Source: Chlorokybus atmophyticus (lineage: Eukaryota > Plantae > Mesostigma and Chlorokybus algae). From it: 64,000 nt of DNA. The notes beneath the pieces are model-generated. The model was not told the DNA's origin. It saw only the letters and a list, made by a program, of their open reading frames with translations, and did not search any database. Position 1 is the first letter of the stretch. Every line of letters starts with the position of its first letter. Below are positions 12,212 through 24,505 of the stretch, one piece after another. The position numbers and the translations under genes are program-made. The stretch lies in the NCBI GenBank assembly GCA_009103225.1, contig RHPI01001855.1:69296-133295 (forward strand). The letters run 5' to 3'.

Positions 12212-14749
12212 AAAGAAGGGCGGATCGTGGCTGGGCACAGCAGTGAACAAGCGCTGCACAGTCTGTCTTGCTGCTCCGAGCAGCTTTGGTAGGCGACTCT
12301 CTCTGCATTTACATACATGCCGTCCACCTCAGCTCGGCCGGACGTAACCTCTGTCAGCGCCCGCTGCTGACAGATTCAGCAGCACAGAAACGCAGAATAT
12401 GAAACCCCGCCTTTCAACGCAGATAGGGGCCTGCCCCTGCCTCCTCGGCTCTCTCGCTCTGTGTCCCGGAAGCCCTTGACGATAACGATGACGCCGGCTG
12501 AGCCTGGCTACTAGGCTCTCAAGCCTGCATGCGCAGCTGTTAGGCTCAGGTAAGAGCAGCCTGGCCTTGAGAGCCTGGCCTTGAGCCGCGTGCATGCCTC
12601 CTACACTGCCCTTCGTTACTAGGATTGCAGCGCTCTTGTGCTTGGGCTGTATGGCATGAAATGCCAAGCTTGTACACTACAAAACCAGGGCGGTATTCAG
12701 ACGTTGATAACTCACCTGTAAGTAGCTTACAATCAGTCACAAAGGTCTGCTACCACAAAGTCTTGAAGTGTCAGTCCCAATCTCAGACGTTTGCACCTGA
12801 CAGTCATTCTCTGCGCTCACTCCTCACCGGTGATACTAGTGCTGAAAGTCAGCATTTTGTGACTGGCTGTCATGCACTTCGTGATGTTCAAAAATCAGTA
12901 TGACTCAATTCACATCATGCATTGCACATATGCAACAGCTTGCATTCACACTTGTGGGGCTGGCAATCAGCACTCATCGTTTAAATCAATCGATGCACTT
13001 GTATTTGTATTTCCAATGGTGCTAATTACCCAATGTTTGAATGCAAGCAATTGCACCAGTAATTGCTATTCACGAAACTATGACCCAAGTGCTGGTGATC
13101 AGCACTTGATCGCTAATTACAAAGATGTATCAGGCAGCTATCAAGCCGCTACACACATGTAACTAGCTAGTAAAATCCGTCGGACATTCATGCGCGTCAC
13201 CAGCTTGCACGCACGTGGCCCCGCCTTCTGCACCACCTTGGCCTTGCTGCAAATGCCATCCTCGCACTCCGAGCAGCCTTGTCGTTGCACGCTTTGTGGT
13301 GCACCATGTTTACCGGCGCTGCGGTGCACAAACTGTTGGTGAACATCTTGGCGCATAGTGAACACACATATACAGCTTCAAGCACTCGTGCCTTAAATTA
13401 CCGATGTTTCCGGACATGCAATGCGGGATCCTATCTCCACATCCTAGACCTCTGTCCACGAGTTGGTCTTAACGAGCATTGCCCTGCAGCGCCTCATTAA
13501 ACCACACTGCAATCTCACCTAGTGGACAAACAGTTCTCTAAGTTAACTTGGTCATAAAAGCCAATACCCACCCACCCACGCATGCACGCACGCGTGTGCG
13601 CGCACACGCGAACAGCCTGTTCTGAGACGCTACCTGTCTGCAGCACGTGGTTGTAGACATTACTACTTCCCTTTGTGCAGCGCCGCGCCTTGCCCACTAG
13701 CTTTGCACCTCAACCACAGATGCACTTGTGAGAATGACTCATTGTTCTCCTTGTAACTAGTACGCCGGGCTTGCCCAATCACTTGTGATTATCAACACCG
13801 TGTGATATTACAACGTGTGTGCTGAGTTGTGACGTTCTCCAAGTCTTTTTGCTTTTGGACGCAAAATGGAGGTATATTAGGAAAGTAGGGCAGTTGTAGT
13901 GTTTGGCATCTACTGATTTCGATAACATTAAACATGCAATTGCCTAAGCGGGCGAGGGTAAGAGGGAAAAGATCATAGTCGGTAATGAGGGACAATGTTA
14001 CATATCAGGTTGGAGATAAGGAAGCCCGGGAAGTAGAAGATGGCTCTTCTCAGTGCTGGTAGCGGGGAGGGGAGGAGGTGGACTGAGACATGAGCACAAG
14101 TAAACAGGGAAAAGGAGACATGAGGAGGGCTAAGAGAGAACGGAGGGATGCGGCGTGTCGCACAATTAGGGGGGACAAATCGTGGACAATGCTATGACAA
14201 AAATCACGAGTATGCAATGATACAAACTTCACAAGCATGAGTCGTAACCCTACAGCATCACCATATTCAATTATTGTTCAATCGCGTGAAACTGGAAACA
14301 ACTGCTTACCAATATCTTTAATTCAGTTGTTTCAAATTTAATACAATATGTCCATTATACAATCAACACGCACTATGCGTTGGCAAAGTTTTGCCATCTT
14401 GACCATATGGTGTCATATTCTCTTTTGCTGACGTTATGCAATTTACAAACAACACCGTGTATATGTTGTCAAACATCTGACATTTGCATCATACCGTGTT
14501 GGTATACATATTGTGTGGTGCTCGTGGTTGCATTTTGCACGATATGTGTGTTACAAAGCTTCTCCTGAACATGATCACAACAACACTTTATTCCACGCAT
14601 CATGAGACTTTGTACATGACACACAAGTCGAATTGATGATGTAGATACTTTGCCACCTGAACTTGCGTGCAATACACAACTCTTTACCTATTGAGTATGC
14701 AATGCCTGCCATAATGTGCCTGCTTGACTGTGGGCATAATTAACTATGG

Positions 14750-15530
14750 TACACGGTAATTATCGTGTACCGGTAGAAATGGGTTTCGGCAGGTCAGGCT
14801 GGATCCGCAACTTTGTTCATGATTTTGTGCAAAGTTTGTTAGGGATCCGCAAGATCCCTAATTAACTTATGGCTACATCCCCAATCTGATTCGTGCCTGT
14901 CACAAAAGCGCTTTTTCGTTGACACTTCCTTGCGAATAGATCCACAATTAAGTTGTGGCTATGTCTTCAACAAATTGCTATCTCCTCTGTCAATGCTTTA
15001 TACTATATAGATATTAAAATAAAATTGTGACCTCCTCCAACTTTTGTGACCCATGATCGAAGGCCTTAACAAGATTGTGACTTGAGCGTAATAATACTTT
15101 TTAGTTGCAGTCACAATATACTCTTGGTTAACTCCGCAACAGTGTTCCCACAACACAGTTTTGTCCTAATCCTAAGCAAGTTGGGACCAGCTCCAGTCTA
15201 ATTTGATGAGCTGGCAAAGGGTCCAATAAAGTTGTGGCCCCATGCGGAACAGAATTCACGCTCAAGGCATAATCTGTCACTTGCTTCTTTATCGCTTGCC
15301 CTAGCTCTAAATGTTATGACCGCATCCATAACTACGTTCAGCCTTACACCCAGTGTCTTCGTGTGGTTCTTGCTGAGACCGAAATCTTATGACCGCATCC
15401 ACAACTGTGTCCTGCCTTACACCTGGTGTCGTTGTGTGTTTTTTGCTAAGTCCCAAATGTTATGGCTACGTTCACAACTTGTTAAATGTTGTCACCCACT
15501 GCTGTTGTGTGAATTGGTCTAAGTCCCAAT
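14750..15530. repeat. Subterminal-type short repeat cluster, probable left end of the large CACTA-type element
   Basis: Starts with the palindrome TACACGGTAATTATCGTGTA. Followed by many TT(A/G)TG(G/A)C, ATCC(G/A)CAA and TTATGACCGCATCC motifs in both orientations. Confidence 0.45.
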
Positions 15531-15810
15531 TGGTTGATTGCTGCTACACCCACAGGCACTTGAGTACACAAACTCTGTATTTACAAAGTTGCACAAAGTT
15601 CCTGTAGTTTCAGCCAGCAATGCAGGCAGTGACAACATGAAAATTTAGTCATATAGAGACGAAGCACTCAACAGCCCTCCAGCTTTAAGCCTCTCCAGCA
15701 GCTGCATAGTTGCTCCTCTCTTCTCGATGGCATCCCTCGCTGGAAACCAGCTGCGATGCATCTGCGCAAACAACCAAGTGTTAGTGAAGAATGGCTGCTA
15801 ACAAAGCAAG

Positions 15811-16067
15811 TCAGTGTATCCTCACCTGTTGCACAACAGGTGACGTGGGTGAGACTGGACCATCCCTAAACAGCTTGCGCAAATAACTGCCGAGTGCTTT
15901 CTCGCGCTGCAGGCATCCGGCGTTCACGGTGGGGCGCGACTGGGCAATGCAATAGTAGCAGCAATTCCCATCACCGTAGGCATCAAACACGCGCAAGCCT
16001 TTCTCCTTCAATAACCCACCCAGCCTTCTCTCAGCACCCGTTTGTTCAGCAGGCAGATCAGACTCCT
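15811..16067 (-). pseudogene. OTU-like cysteine protease domain remnant (3' part of a gene split by the LINE)
   Basis: LKEKGLRVFDAYGDGNCCYYCIAQS...QREKALGSYLRKL matches the OTU motif (D-x-GDGNC). Confidence 0.65.
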
Positions 16068-16084
16068 AAAGTGAGTGCGCGAGG

Positions 16085-16821
16085 TTGAAGGGCCAGCTTC
16101 AGGTTTGTCGACGAAGTCCCCAAGGCGCCCAACAGTGTTGGCAGGCATTGGATAGGAAGGTCTCCGCTCAGCAAGCTCAGGTCTTGGAGTCTGCGCTGAC
16201 GCTGCATGAGTTGCACGCTGCCTTACAGAGCATGCCCCCGCACAAAGCCCCAGGCAAGGACGGCCTCACCACGGCGTTCTGGCGGACTGCATGGCCTCTC
16301 TTAGGGGAGGACTATTCCCTTTACTGTCAGCACGTTCTAGCGGAAGGGCGGTTGGATGAAGGTCAGCGCGAGGGGGTCATCCTCATGTTGCACAAGAAAG
16401 GCGACCAGTCTAACCTTCGCAACTGGCGGCCCATCACGCTGCTGCCCACCCACTACAAGATTTTGGCTAAAGCTCTAGCAGTTTGCGTGGCGCCTGTGCT
16501 TCCTACGGCAATCCACCCATCGCAGGCAGGCTTTGTGCGCCACAGGTACATCCCGGACAATGTGCTAGTGGCCCTGGACGCTATGCAGCATGCTGCACAC
16601 ACATAGGGCAGCGCGGTGCTCTTCTCCTGCTAGACTTTGAGAAGGCATTCGACCGGTTAGACTGGCACTTTCTAGATGGCGCGCTCTCGCATTTGGGCTT
16701 CAGCCCGACCTTTCGGCAATGGACACGCACGATGAATGGGGGGAGCTGGAGCTCGGTGCTAGTGAACGGCCACTTGTCTTCTCCCTTTTATCTGCACCGC
16801 AATGTTCGATAGGGCTGTCCA
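16085..16821 (+). pseudogene. LINE ORF2 reverse transcriptase, N-terminal half
   Basis: ORFs 16085-16606 and 16483-16812, with in-frame TAG stops at about 16604 and 16810. Confidence 0.9.
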
Positions 16822-17838
16822 TGTCACGCCCACAGGGCAGGCAAAAGTCATTCTCTGTCCCTTACTTATGTGGTAAGTAAGATGAGACCAAGTGGGGACC
16901 CACACTACGCAAGCGTGTGTAGTGCTTGTGGGTGTGCTCTCATGTAGGTCTGCTCTAGAGCCTGTGCGGCCTTGAGCATGATGAACTACACAAGGCATGA
17001 TGGCAAGCACAGGGCTGATCATAGCCGATGAGACATCATGTGATGTACAGAGACATATGTGTGCATATGTCCGCATGTGTATGCATGTGTTTGCATATGT
17101 GTGCACATGTACGCATATGAGTGCATATGCGTGCATGAGAGGTATGTACTAGATGTATGCATGTATATGCATGCATGCGCATATGTGTGCATATGCGCGC
17201 ATATGTTTGCATAAGGATGTATATGTATGCATGAGTGTGATGTCCTAGGCTGATGTGACCAGCCAAGGACGTTCACAACGTCCAAGGATGATGTGTGTGA
17301 TGTCCTAGGCTGATGTGACCAGCCTAGGGACGTTTACAATGTCCGAGGCTGATGTGTGATCAGTCTTGGGCGTTGAAAGAGGTCCAAGGGCTGATGTGGC
17401 AGCCCTAGACATGAGTTGTGGTCAACGCAGCCATGACAAGGCATGTAGCCTTGGACTTGGATGTTCCAGGTCGGAGAGCAGCAAAGAGAGGGTATATGAA
17501 CGGCCTCAACATGTGTTGAGGCAGCTCAGCATGTGCATACTCGACTCTTGTGTGTGGGGTGCCTAGTTTAGTTGTTCAAGGGGCTCTCCCTCTCATCCCA
17601 TGTGGGGTGTGATGTCCGTGGCAGCTTTGCACATGTGTGTGAGGTGTGCTTGAGTGTGTGAGTGTGTGGGAGCTGAGTAGAGAGGTTGGTGTCATCCTCT
17701 CCTTCCTTGGTGCGGTGCTGTGACTTCCTCTGCAAGGTACTGCACCAGTGACGCTGGTAGAGCTTCCAGTAGTAAGTCCTTGTGCTTGTGCATAAGTTCG
17801 CCAAGCCGCCCAGCAAGTAAGTGAGTGGTATCGTTACA
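16822..17838 (+). repeat. 5' LTR of Ty3/gypsy #1
   Basis: Direct repeat of 24506-25522 with roughly 20 substitutions by eye. Contains a CA/TG-rich tract and an internal GTGTGATGTCCTAGGCTGATGTGACCAGCC duplication. Confidence 0.97.
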
Positions 17839-18559
17839 TTGGACTCGGAGCTTGCATTCCAAGCCTTGCATGCTTGCCCATCAGCTCATGCACTTGCTGC
17901 ACCGTGCGTGCGTGGCATTTTTTGCTTGCACGCACTACATGGCAGGGTTTTGAGCTGATTGTGCATGCTAGTTAGTGCGTCCAGCTGCGTGCACACTTGC
18001 ATGCACGGTGTGGGTCGTTCTACACGCTGATTTGAGCATTACTTGTGTGTTCTTGGTGCACATACACAGCATTACACACGCATTGGCTTGTTGCTGCACC
18101 AGCTGCGCGTGTGCGTGTGTGTGCGCGCGTGTGCGCGTGAGTGCATCTGTTATAAGGACCTCACCTTGTGGTGTTGGCTCTAACCTTTGTGGCAATGGCT
18201 GAGCAAGAGCATACAGCAAGATGGAGGTATCTTGGGGCAATGATGTTGCTAAGACCACCCGACAGCTTACCACTTTGGTTGCCACGTTGTGTGAGCAGAG
18301 TTACAGCAACAACACGAGGCCAACATAGCTCAATGGCAACGGTCAAGTGACATCGTTGACTGTGCAATCCCAAGTAAGGGACATGTTGGTGCATCTGTTG
18401 ATGCTAGTGTATAGAACCACGGAGAGCGTAAGCGTAGCCGTGAAGCACAGCACTGTGAAGCTGAAGCTGATGCTGCTTGGGGCCATGCTCTCATGTATGA
18501 GGGACATGAAGAGAGCAAGAAGCCATGTATACAACAGGGATTGCCAATGGCTAGCTTCT

Positions 18560-19487
18560 CTGTGGACGTCGATACGCAATGTGCTTTCAGGGACTTGATG
18601 TCACGCCTTCCCCAACCATGCAATGTCGCTGTGTGGGGGAACGAGTTGGGTGTACAGGTAGATACTCAATTCATGCAGCACGACTGCGTCGCAAATTTTG
18701 CACGGTGACTGACCAGGGATTGAGGGACTGACGGGTGCCTGACCCTACCTAACCCTGCCTGACATGTCACTCCTGAACTGTTGGGTCTGCCGTCGGCTAA
18801 TGTGGACTGTTGTTGACGGCCAACCGACGGTCGATGGGTACATGCAACGGCGGCCTGCCTAATATGGCAAGCACGTAACTTGCAGTGACGGCCAACCGCT
18901 GGTCGGTCATTGTGCCAGATGGCGACCTACCTATTGTGGCAAACAAGTCACTTCTCGGTAACTTATAGTAACGGCCGATTGTTGGTCGGCCATTGCGCGC
19001 GGCGACTGCTTTTTGTAGCAAACAAATCACCTTTAGGTCATCATGTATAGTAACGGCCGACCGTCGGTCGTAGCCTAGCCGGCATGTTGTATGCGCGGCG
19101 GCCTGCCTGTTGTGGCAAGCAAGTCGCCTTTGAGTGACTTGTGGTGCCGGTCGACGTCGATCGTCACCTAACCGTGACACATTATGCGCGGCGACGGTCT
19201 TATAGTGACAAGCACGTGACCAGCAGTTCCTATTTGTCGCCGCGTACTGCCGGCAAGTCGGGAGTATTCGTTAATTATTGATAGTTGATTGCATCGTATG
19301 ATAGTCTATCATTCGATGCAATTAACGTACCATTGACATAGTACGATGCTTCCATTGTGGCAATGGCACAATCGTACCATTACAAGGGTACGATTGTGCC
19401 ATCGTGTCTTCGGCAATTCAAACGCCCAACGGCTTCAACACTGTCAAGTTCAAGTTGGACACTTGAATTGAGCGTTGTGCAGGGGCT

Positions 19488-19521
<34 letters not shown>

Positions 19522-20640
19522 TGGCGGTGGCGGCGGCGATCGACAGTAGGTGAGTCTGTCCGCTTGTGTGTTATAGTTGTGTTGTGCGCAAGTACACCTG
19601 CAGCCCAACCGCCCTTCTTGCCTCAAGGCGGCGGCTAGACCAACCAACCAGACCAGGCTAGGCCAGGCGGCGGCGGCGGCGCAGTGTGAGAGGCGGCGGC
19701 GATGGCGAGGTAAGCTTGCTTGTGTGTCATGACGTTGTGTTGTTCGCTCAAGCTAACCGCCTTTGCTGCCTCATGGCGACCAGGCCAGGCCGACCAGGCC
19801 AGGCGGCGGCGGCGGCGCAGGAGCGGAGGAGGAGGAGCGGCGATGAAGAATAGTATAGGGATAGTTGCAGTAGTAGTGGTAGACTACTACTGCAGGTACT
19901 TGTTGTAGCTTAGTGTAGTTTACATTGCGCATAGCAACGTTACAATTGTAACAGACTAACTTCATACTATCATATGTGTTTTTCCATAATCACGTTCACA
20001 GCATGACACGCACGTGTAGTACCTAATTATGATGGAACGGTACCAATAGGTACCTTTTAAGGTACACATCAATAATGGCAGGTAACATGAGGTGCCTGTC
20101 AGTCACGCTTAGGCAGCGTACGATTGCCGGTTAGTTACGCATAAGTACCTGAAGGTGACTGATGTGTAATTGACCAGTGCCTGACAGTCGAGCTCAGTTA
20201 TCATACAGTTGCCGGTGCGTAACTAACAGGTGCCTGTTAGTTACGCACAGTCACCTAATAGGGACTGAATTGTAACGGTTAGGGACTGATAGTAACGGAA
20301 GTTATACTCAGGTGTCTGTATCGAGATTACAGGTGGACTGAGCCACGACAGTCTAGCTGAGTATCCTCAGGTGCACGGCCGTTGCCAATATTTAGTCGGC
20401 CGACAGGGGAAACATTTTGCACAGTGTGCGGGCAAGTGTGTCTTGCTCAATGCACCTGTTGACGAGTTGTTAAACATGCTCAAGCACTATGTGGATTGCA
20501 AGAGCAAGAGTGCGCACAACACAAGTGCATGCGTGGTTGTACCCAAGCGTCCCTGGGTTGTGGACTCGCTTTGTTAAAGGCATGCAGGTTCTGGGAGAGG
20601 TCAAGCTAGGTAAGGGGCAGATGCGTGTGTTGTATGACCC
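18560..20640 (+). pseudogene. Putative Dam-like (N6-adenine) methyltransferase-type domain of the retrotransposon polyprotein, split by a 1.74 kb insertion
   Basis: Joining 18688 to 20429 gives in frame AFRDLMSRLPQPCNVAVWGNELGVQVDTQFMQHDC|AGKCVLLNAPVDELLNMLKHYVDCKSKSAHNTSACVVVPKR, then after a frameshift LWTRFVKGMQVL. The layout parallels Dam-family F..L...FDLD...D.W.G..VW.NPPY...VMLVPAR...W. Confidence 0.55.
18689..20428. mobile_element. Non-autonomous DNA-transposon-like insertion inside Ty3/gypsy #1
   Basis: Clusters of GACGGCCAACCG/TAACGGCCGA repeats (18810-19200) and GTGACTGA/GGGACTGA/GTGCCTGA repeats (18700-18770, 20090-20300). GGC-rich core with splice-donor-like sites. Right end reads CACACTG on the minus strand. 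Removing it restores the flanking reading frame. Confidence 0.6.
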
Positions 20641-20659
20641 CCCTGCCATACATGAGGTA

Positions 20660-23600
20660 AGTACTCTGGACTTGACTTGGTTGTTCAAGGCTTTTGTTGC
20701 GCATGTGCCGCATCTTGATGATAGACACGGGCACACCTAAGAACTTCGTGAGTGAATCTCTTGTGCGACGCTTAGGCATTCGTGTCAGCAAGTGTGATGA
20801 CACGGTTGTTGCCTTGAACAAGCTTGAGATCCCCGTGCGGGGAGTTGTACGCTTGTCTGTGCGTGTGCAAGGCTATCATGCTCAGCTCAAGTGGTCATCC
20901 CAGTAGAGGTGCCAGGCGTGGATGTCATTGTTGGCAGCCATTGGGAGCAAGCATGTGGCTTACGTACAGACGCAAACACAAAACTTTGCAGTGTACGCAC
21001 AGGTCGAGGTCGTGTGACGTTGCATGCAAATGGGCACAATGTTGCGCCCACTGTTAGCTCTGTTGATGATGCATCGAGTACAGATGTCTTATGTTCTTTG
21101 TTGAGTGCCATGCAGGTGAAGCGGGCTGTTCGCCATGGAGCTCAACCTCTTCTATTGCTCGTCCGGCCAGTCGGCAACGACGACACTTCAACCTCAATGG
21201 GTGAGACCGGTGGCAAGCCACCAGACACGGCCCTTGAAAGTCTGTTGTCTGATGTGTTTCGAGCTGAACTGCCTGCATTGCCACCTGAGAGGGACGTCTG
21301 GCATACGATCCCTCTAGAGTCTTATGCACAGCCTCCGTTCAAACCTGTGTATAGGCTGAGTCCAGCTGAATATGCGGACATGGAGGGGCAGATCAAGGCC
21401 TTGCTTGAGAAGGGATTGATTGAGCCAAGTAGCTCTCCTTTCGGAGCACCCATTCTTTTCGTACCTAGGAAGGACGGCAGGCTACGCATGTGCGTAGACT
21501 ATAGGGCCTTGAACAAGCTGACCATCAAGAACAGGTATCCGCTGCCAAGGATAGATGATTTGCTTGATCAACTGAGCGGCGCCTCAGTGTTCAGCTCCTT
21601 GGATCTCATCAGTGGGTACCATCAGATCCGGATCACACCGGAAGATGTGCCCAAGACAGCGTTCAGAACACCTGTGGGACACTTTTAGTACAAAGTGCTG
21701 CCTTTTGGTCTGACGAATGCGCCGGCCACCTTTCAAGCTATGATGAACCGTGTGTTTCACAAGCTGATCGGGAAGACAGTGCTCGTATATCTTGATGATA
21801 TACTTGTGTTCAGCAGGGATGCTAACATGCACGTCGCGCAAGTGCGCGAGATGTTGGAAACGCTATGTGCGCACCGTTTCTATGCTTACATGCCCAAGTG
21901 CGAGTTTGGCAAGAAGGAACTAGAGTTCCTCGGGCACATTGTGCGCAAGGAGGGCGTGCACCCTGACCCAAGGAATGTTGCTAAGGTCAAGGATTGGCCT
22001 AGTCCCAAAAATGTGCACGAGCTGCGCGCATTCTTAGTCTTGAGCAACTACTTCCGCAAGTACATTCTGGGTTACTCGTCGCGTGTTGCCCCTCTCACTG
22101 GTCTGTTGCGTGACAAGGTCGTGTGGAAGTGGTCACAGAGGCAGCAAGAAGCCTTTGCGTCCATCAAAGAGGCTTTGGTGACAGCGCCTGTGTTGCAGCT
22201 GCCGGACTTCACCAAGCCCTTTGAGGTAAACTGTGATGCATCTGTTGAAGGCACTGGTGCTGTGTTGCTCCAGAGTGGGCACCCCCTTGCTTATGCTAGC
22301 AAGAAGTTCTCTCCTGTTAAGAGGAACTATACAACAACTGAGCAAGAGTTGTTGGGGGTAGTCCATGCGCTACAAGAGTGGCGTTGCTATCCAAAGGGGG
22401 TGGAAGGCGGGTTTAGTGTGATCACGGACCACAACCCCCTTGTTTTTTTTCAGACCCAACCAACCTTGTCAAGAAGACAAGCGAGGTGGGCTGAGTACTT
22501 GTTTAGATTCAACTTTACATGGGTTTACAGACCAGGGAGAGTGAATGTGGCAGACCCTTTGAGCCGTTCGCTATTGCTGTTGGCAGTGACAACACGTGCA
22601 CGTGCACGAAGCCAAGGGTGGGCACAAGCAAGTGATGCTAGTGCCAGTACTTTCGAGTTGCCAACTGTGCATGAGCAAGCTGTCAATGAGACACCAGTGG
22701 CAACAGAGACCAGCGAGATGCCAACTGAGCTCGAGAGAGCAGACAGTGAAGCACCGTTGGTAGTGCATGAGCCAAGTGGGGAGGACCCAATGGCCGTTGA
22801 TGTGGAAGACGTTATACAGCGTTTGCCTAGTGCTTATGCACTTGACACATGGTTTGTTCAGTTGCTGAAGCAGGCAGACGACAAGATCACTTGTCACAAA
22901 GGCCTCTAGTACCGTGAGGGCAAGTTAATATTGCCAAATGCACTCGGCTTGAGGCAAGAGTGTTTGTTTGAGGCACACAATTCCGTGTACAGTGGGCACA
23001 TGGGAATGGCAAAGACCATCAAGCAGTTGCAGAAACAGTATTGGTGGCCGAGCTTGGATGCTGATGCATCCAAATGTGTCGCGTGTTGTGACACTTGTCA
23101 AAGAGACAAGGCCTCGCGCAGGAAGCCAGCAGGGTTGTTGAAGCCCTTGGCTATTCCCAACTATCAATAGGAGAGTGTGAGCATGGATTTGATCACAGAT
23201 CTACCTGTGACAAAGAAGGGACATAGTGCTGTCATTGTCTTTGTTGATCGCTTGACCAAGATGGTCAGATTTGAGCCCTGTCGCACAGACATTGATGCGC
23301 AAGAGTTTGCGTTTGTCTTTGTGAACTCGGTGTTTAGATCATACGGTGTACCCAAAGAGTTGGTGTCTGACCGTGACCCCAAGTTTGTGAGCCAGTTCTG
23401 GCAGGCTGTGTGCCGGTACTTGGGGACTAAGCAGAGCTTGAGCACTGCTTACCATCCACAGAGTGACGGACAGACGGAGCGCGTCAATCAGGTGTTGGAA
23501 GATGTGCTACGCCACTACACGTCACCCAAATTCGATGATTGGGATGTGTACCTGCCACTTGCTAAGTTCGCTGTGAACAATGCATGGCATGAGTCGCTAA

Positions 23601-24286
23601 GAAGCACTCCTTTCTATCTGAACTACGGTCGTCATGTGTTGACACCCATGTCTCTAAATGTCGAGCCATTCAGCAAAGTGCCGATGGCTAGAGACTTCAC
23701 AGAGAGCATGCATGCCTCGTTGGCACATGCAAAAGACTGCTTGAGAGCAGCACAAGACAGGCAAAAGATGTATGCCAACAGGCAACGTAGGCCTGGAGAT
23801 GAGCTCCAAGTTGGAGATCAAGTGTTGTTGAGCTCGAAGAACACTCGACTCAAAACAAGCGGGGTACGCAAGTTGCTACCAAGATGGCTGGGTCCATTCC
23901 GCATTACCGACAGTGTTGGTGACCGTGCCTTTCGGCTCGACTTGCCGAAGAGCATGCGAGTACATGATGTGGTTTATGTAGCACTGCTGAAACAGTACAA
24001 GAGTGACGGTCCAGTGCAACCCCCTCCCCCTCCAGTTGAGGTTGAGGGCGATCTCGAGTATGAGGTTGAGGCCATTGTTGGCAAACGGTTCAGAAAGTAC
24101 AAGAAGAACTTTTGGATCCAATACCTGGTGAAGTGGCTTGGTTATGGCGAAGAGCATAACACCTGGGAGGCGAAAACCAACTTGGCAAACTGTGCTGCCT
24201 TGTTGGAGGAGTTTGAGAATGAGCTCAAAAATCCACAGGTGCCACTTGAGAGCGTGTGCTCAGAGCTACTAGTGCTAAGCCTGTAG
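20660..24286 (+). pseudogene. pol: Ty3/gypsy pol: retropepsin, RT, RNase H, integrase, chromodomain
   Basis: MIDTGTPKNF; [19 protein letters not shown]; NCDASVEG, TDHNPL; zinc-binding HNSVYSGH...CDTCQ, SMDLITDLP, SDRDPKF, QSDGQTERVNQ; chromodomain YEVEAIVGKR...YLVKWLGYGEEHNTWE. TAG stops at 21686, 22907 and 23168, and frameshifts in the protease region. Confidence 0.97.
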
Positions 24287-24505
24287 GAGCATGTGCGCGA
24301 GCATGCCCACAGCATCTTCATGTGACATACCAACACCGCATGCACTGGTACACAGTATCAGAGTTGGTTGTCACTCCCACGACTTGCACTACTTTCACGT
24401 GAAGCACTGCCACTCAGTTGGGCCTGGCCTGCCTGGCTGCGGTTTGTGCGGGACTAGTGTCCCACCCTTTTGCAACGCGGTTGTTGCAATGCAAGTGGGG
24501 AGGAA

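Noticed and set aside
12060-12215. (GAA)10 as the 3' tail of a SINE or LINE
   Set aside because: No upstream RT motif, Pol III boxes or TSD seen.
13798-13804. CCGTGTG as another CACACGG terminus
   Set aside because: No subterminal repeats or TSD partner. The 7-mer is expected several times by chance in 64 kb.
13752-14199. Possible solo LTR ending in ATGACA
   Set aside because: No matching TSD for any candidate TG start, and no second copy in the window.
16950-17290. His/Cys/Met-rich ORFs (also 24703-24969, 9517-10041, 39767-39964)
   Set aside because: These are translations of CA/TG/GCAT low-complexity tracts in LTRs and introns, not proteins.
19450-19860. Poly-Pro, poly-Arg and poly-Gly ORFs
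   Set aside because: These are GGC microsatellite translations within the 1.74 kb insert.
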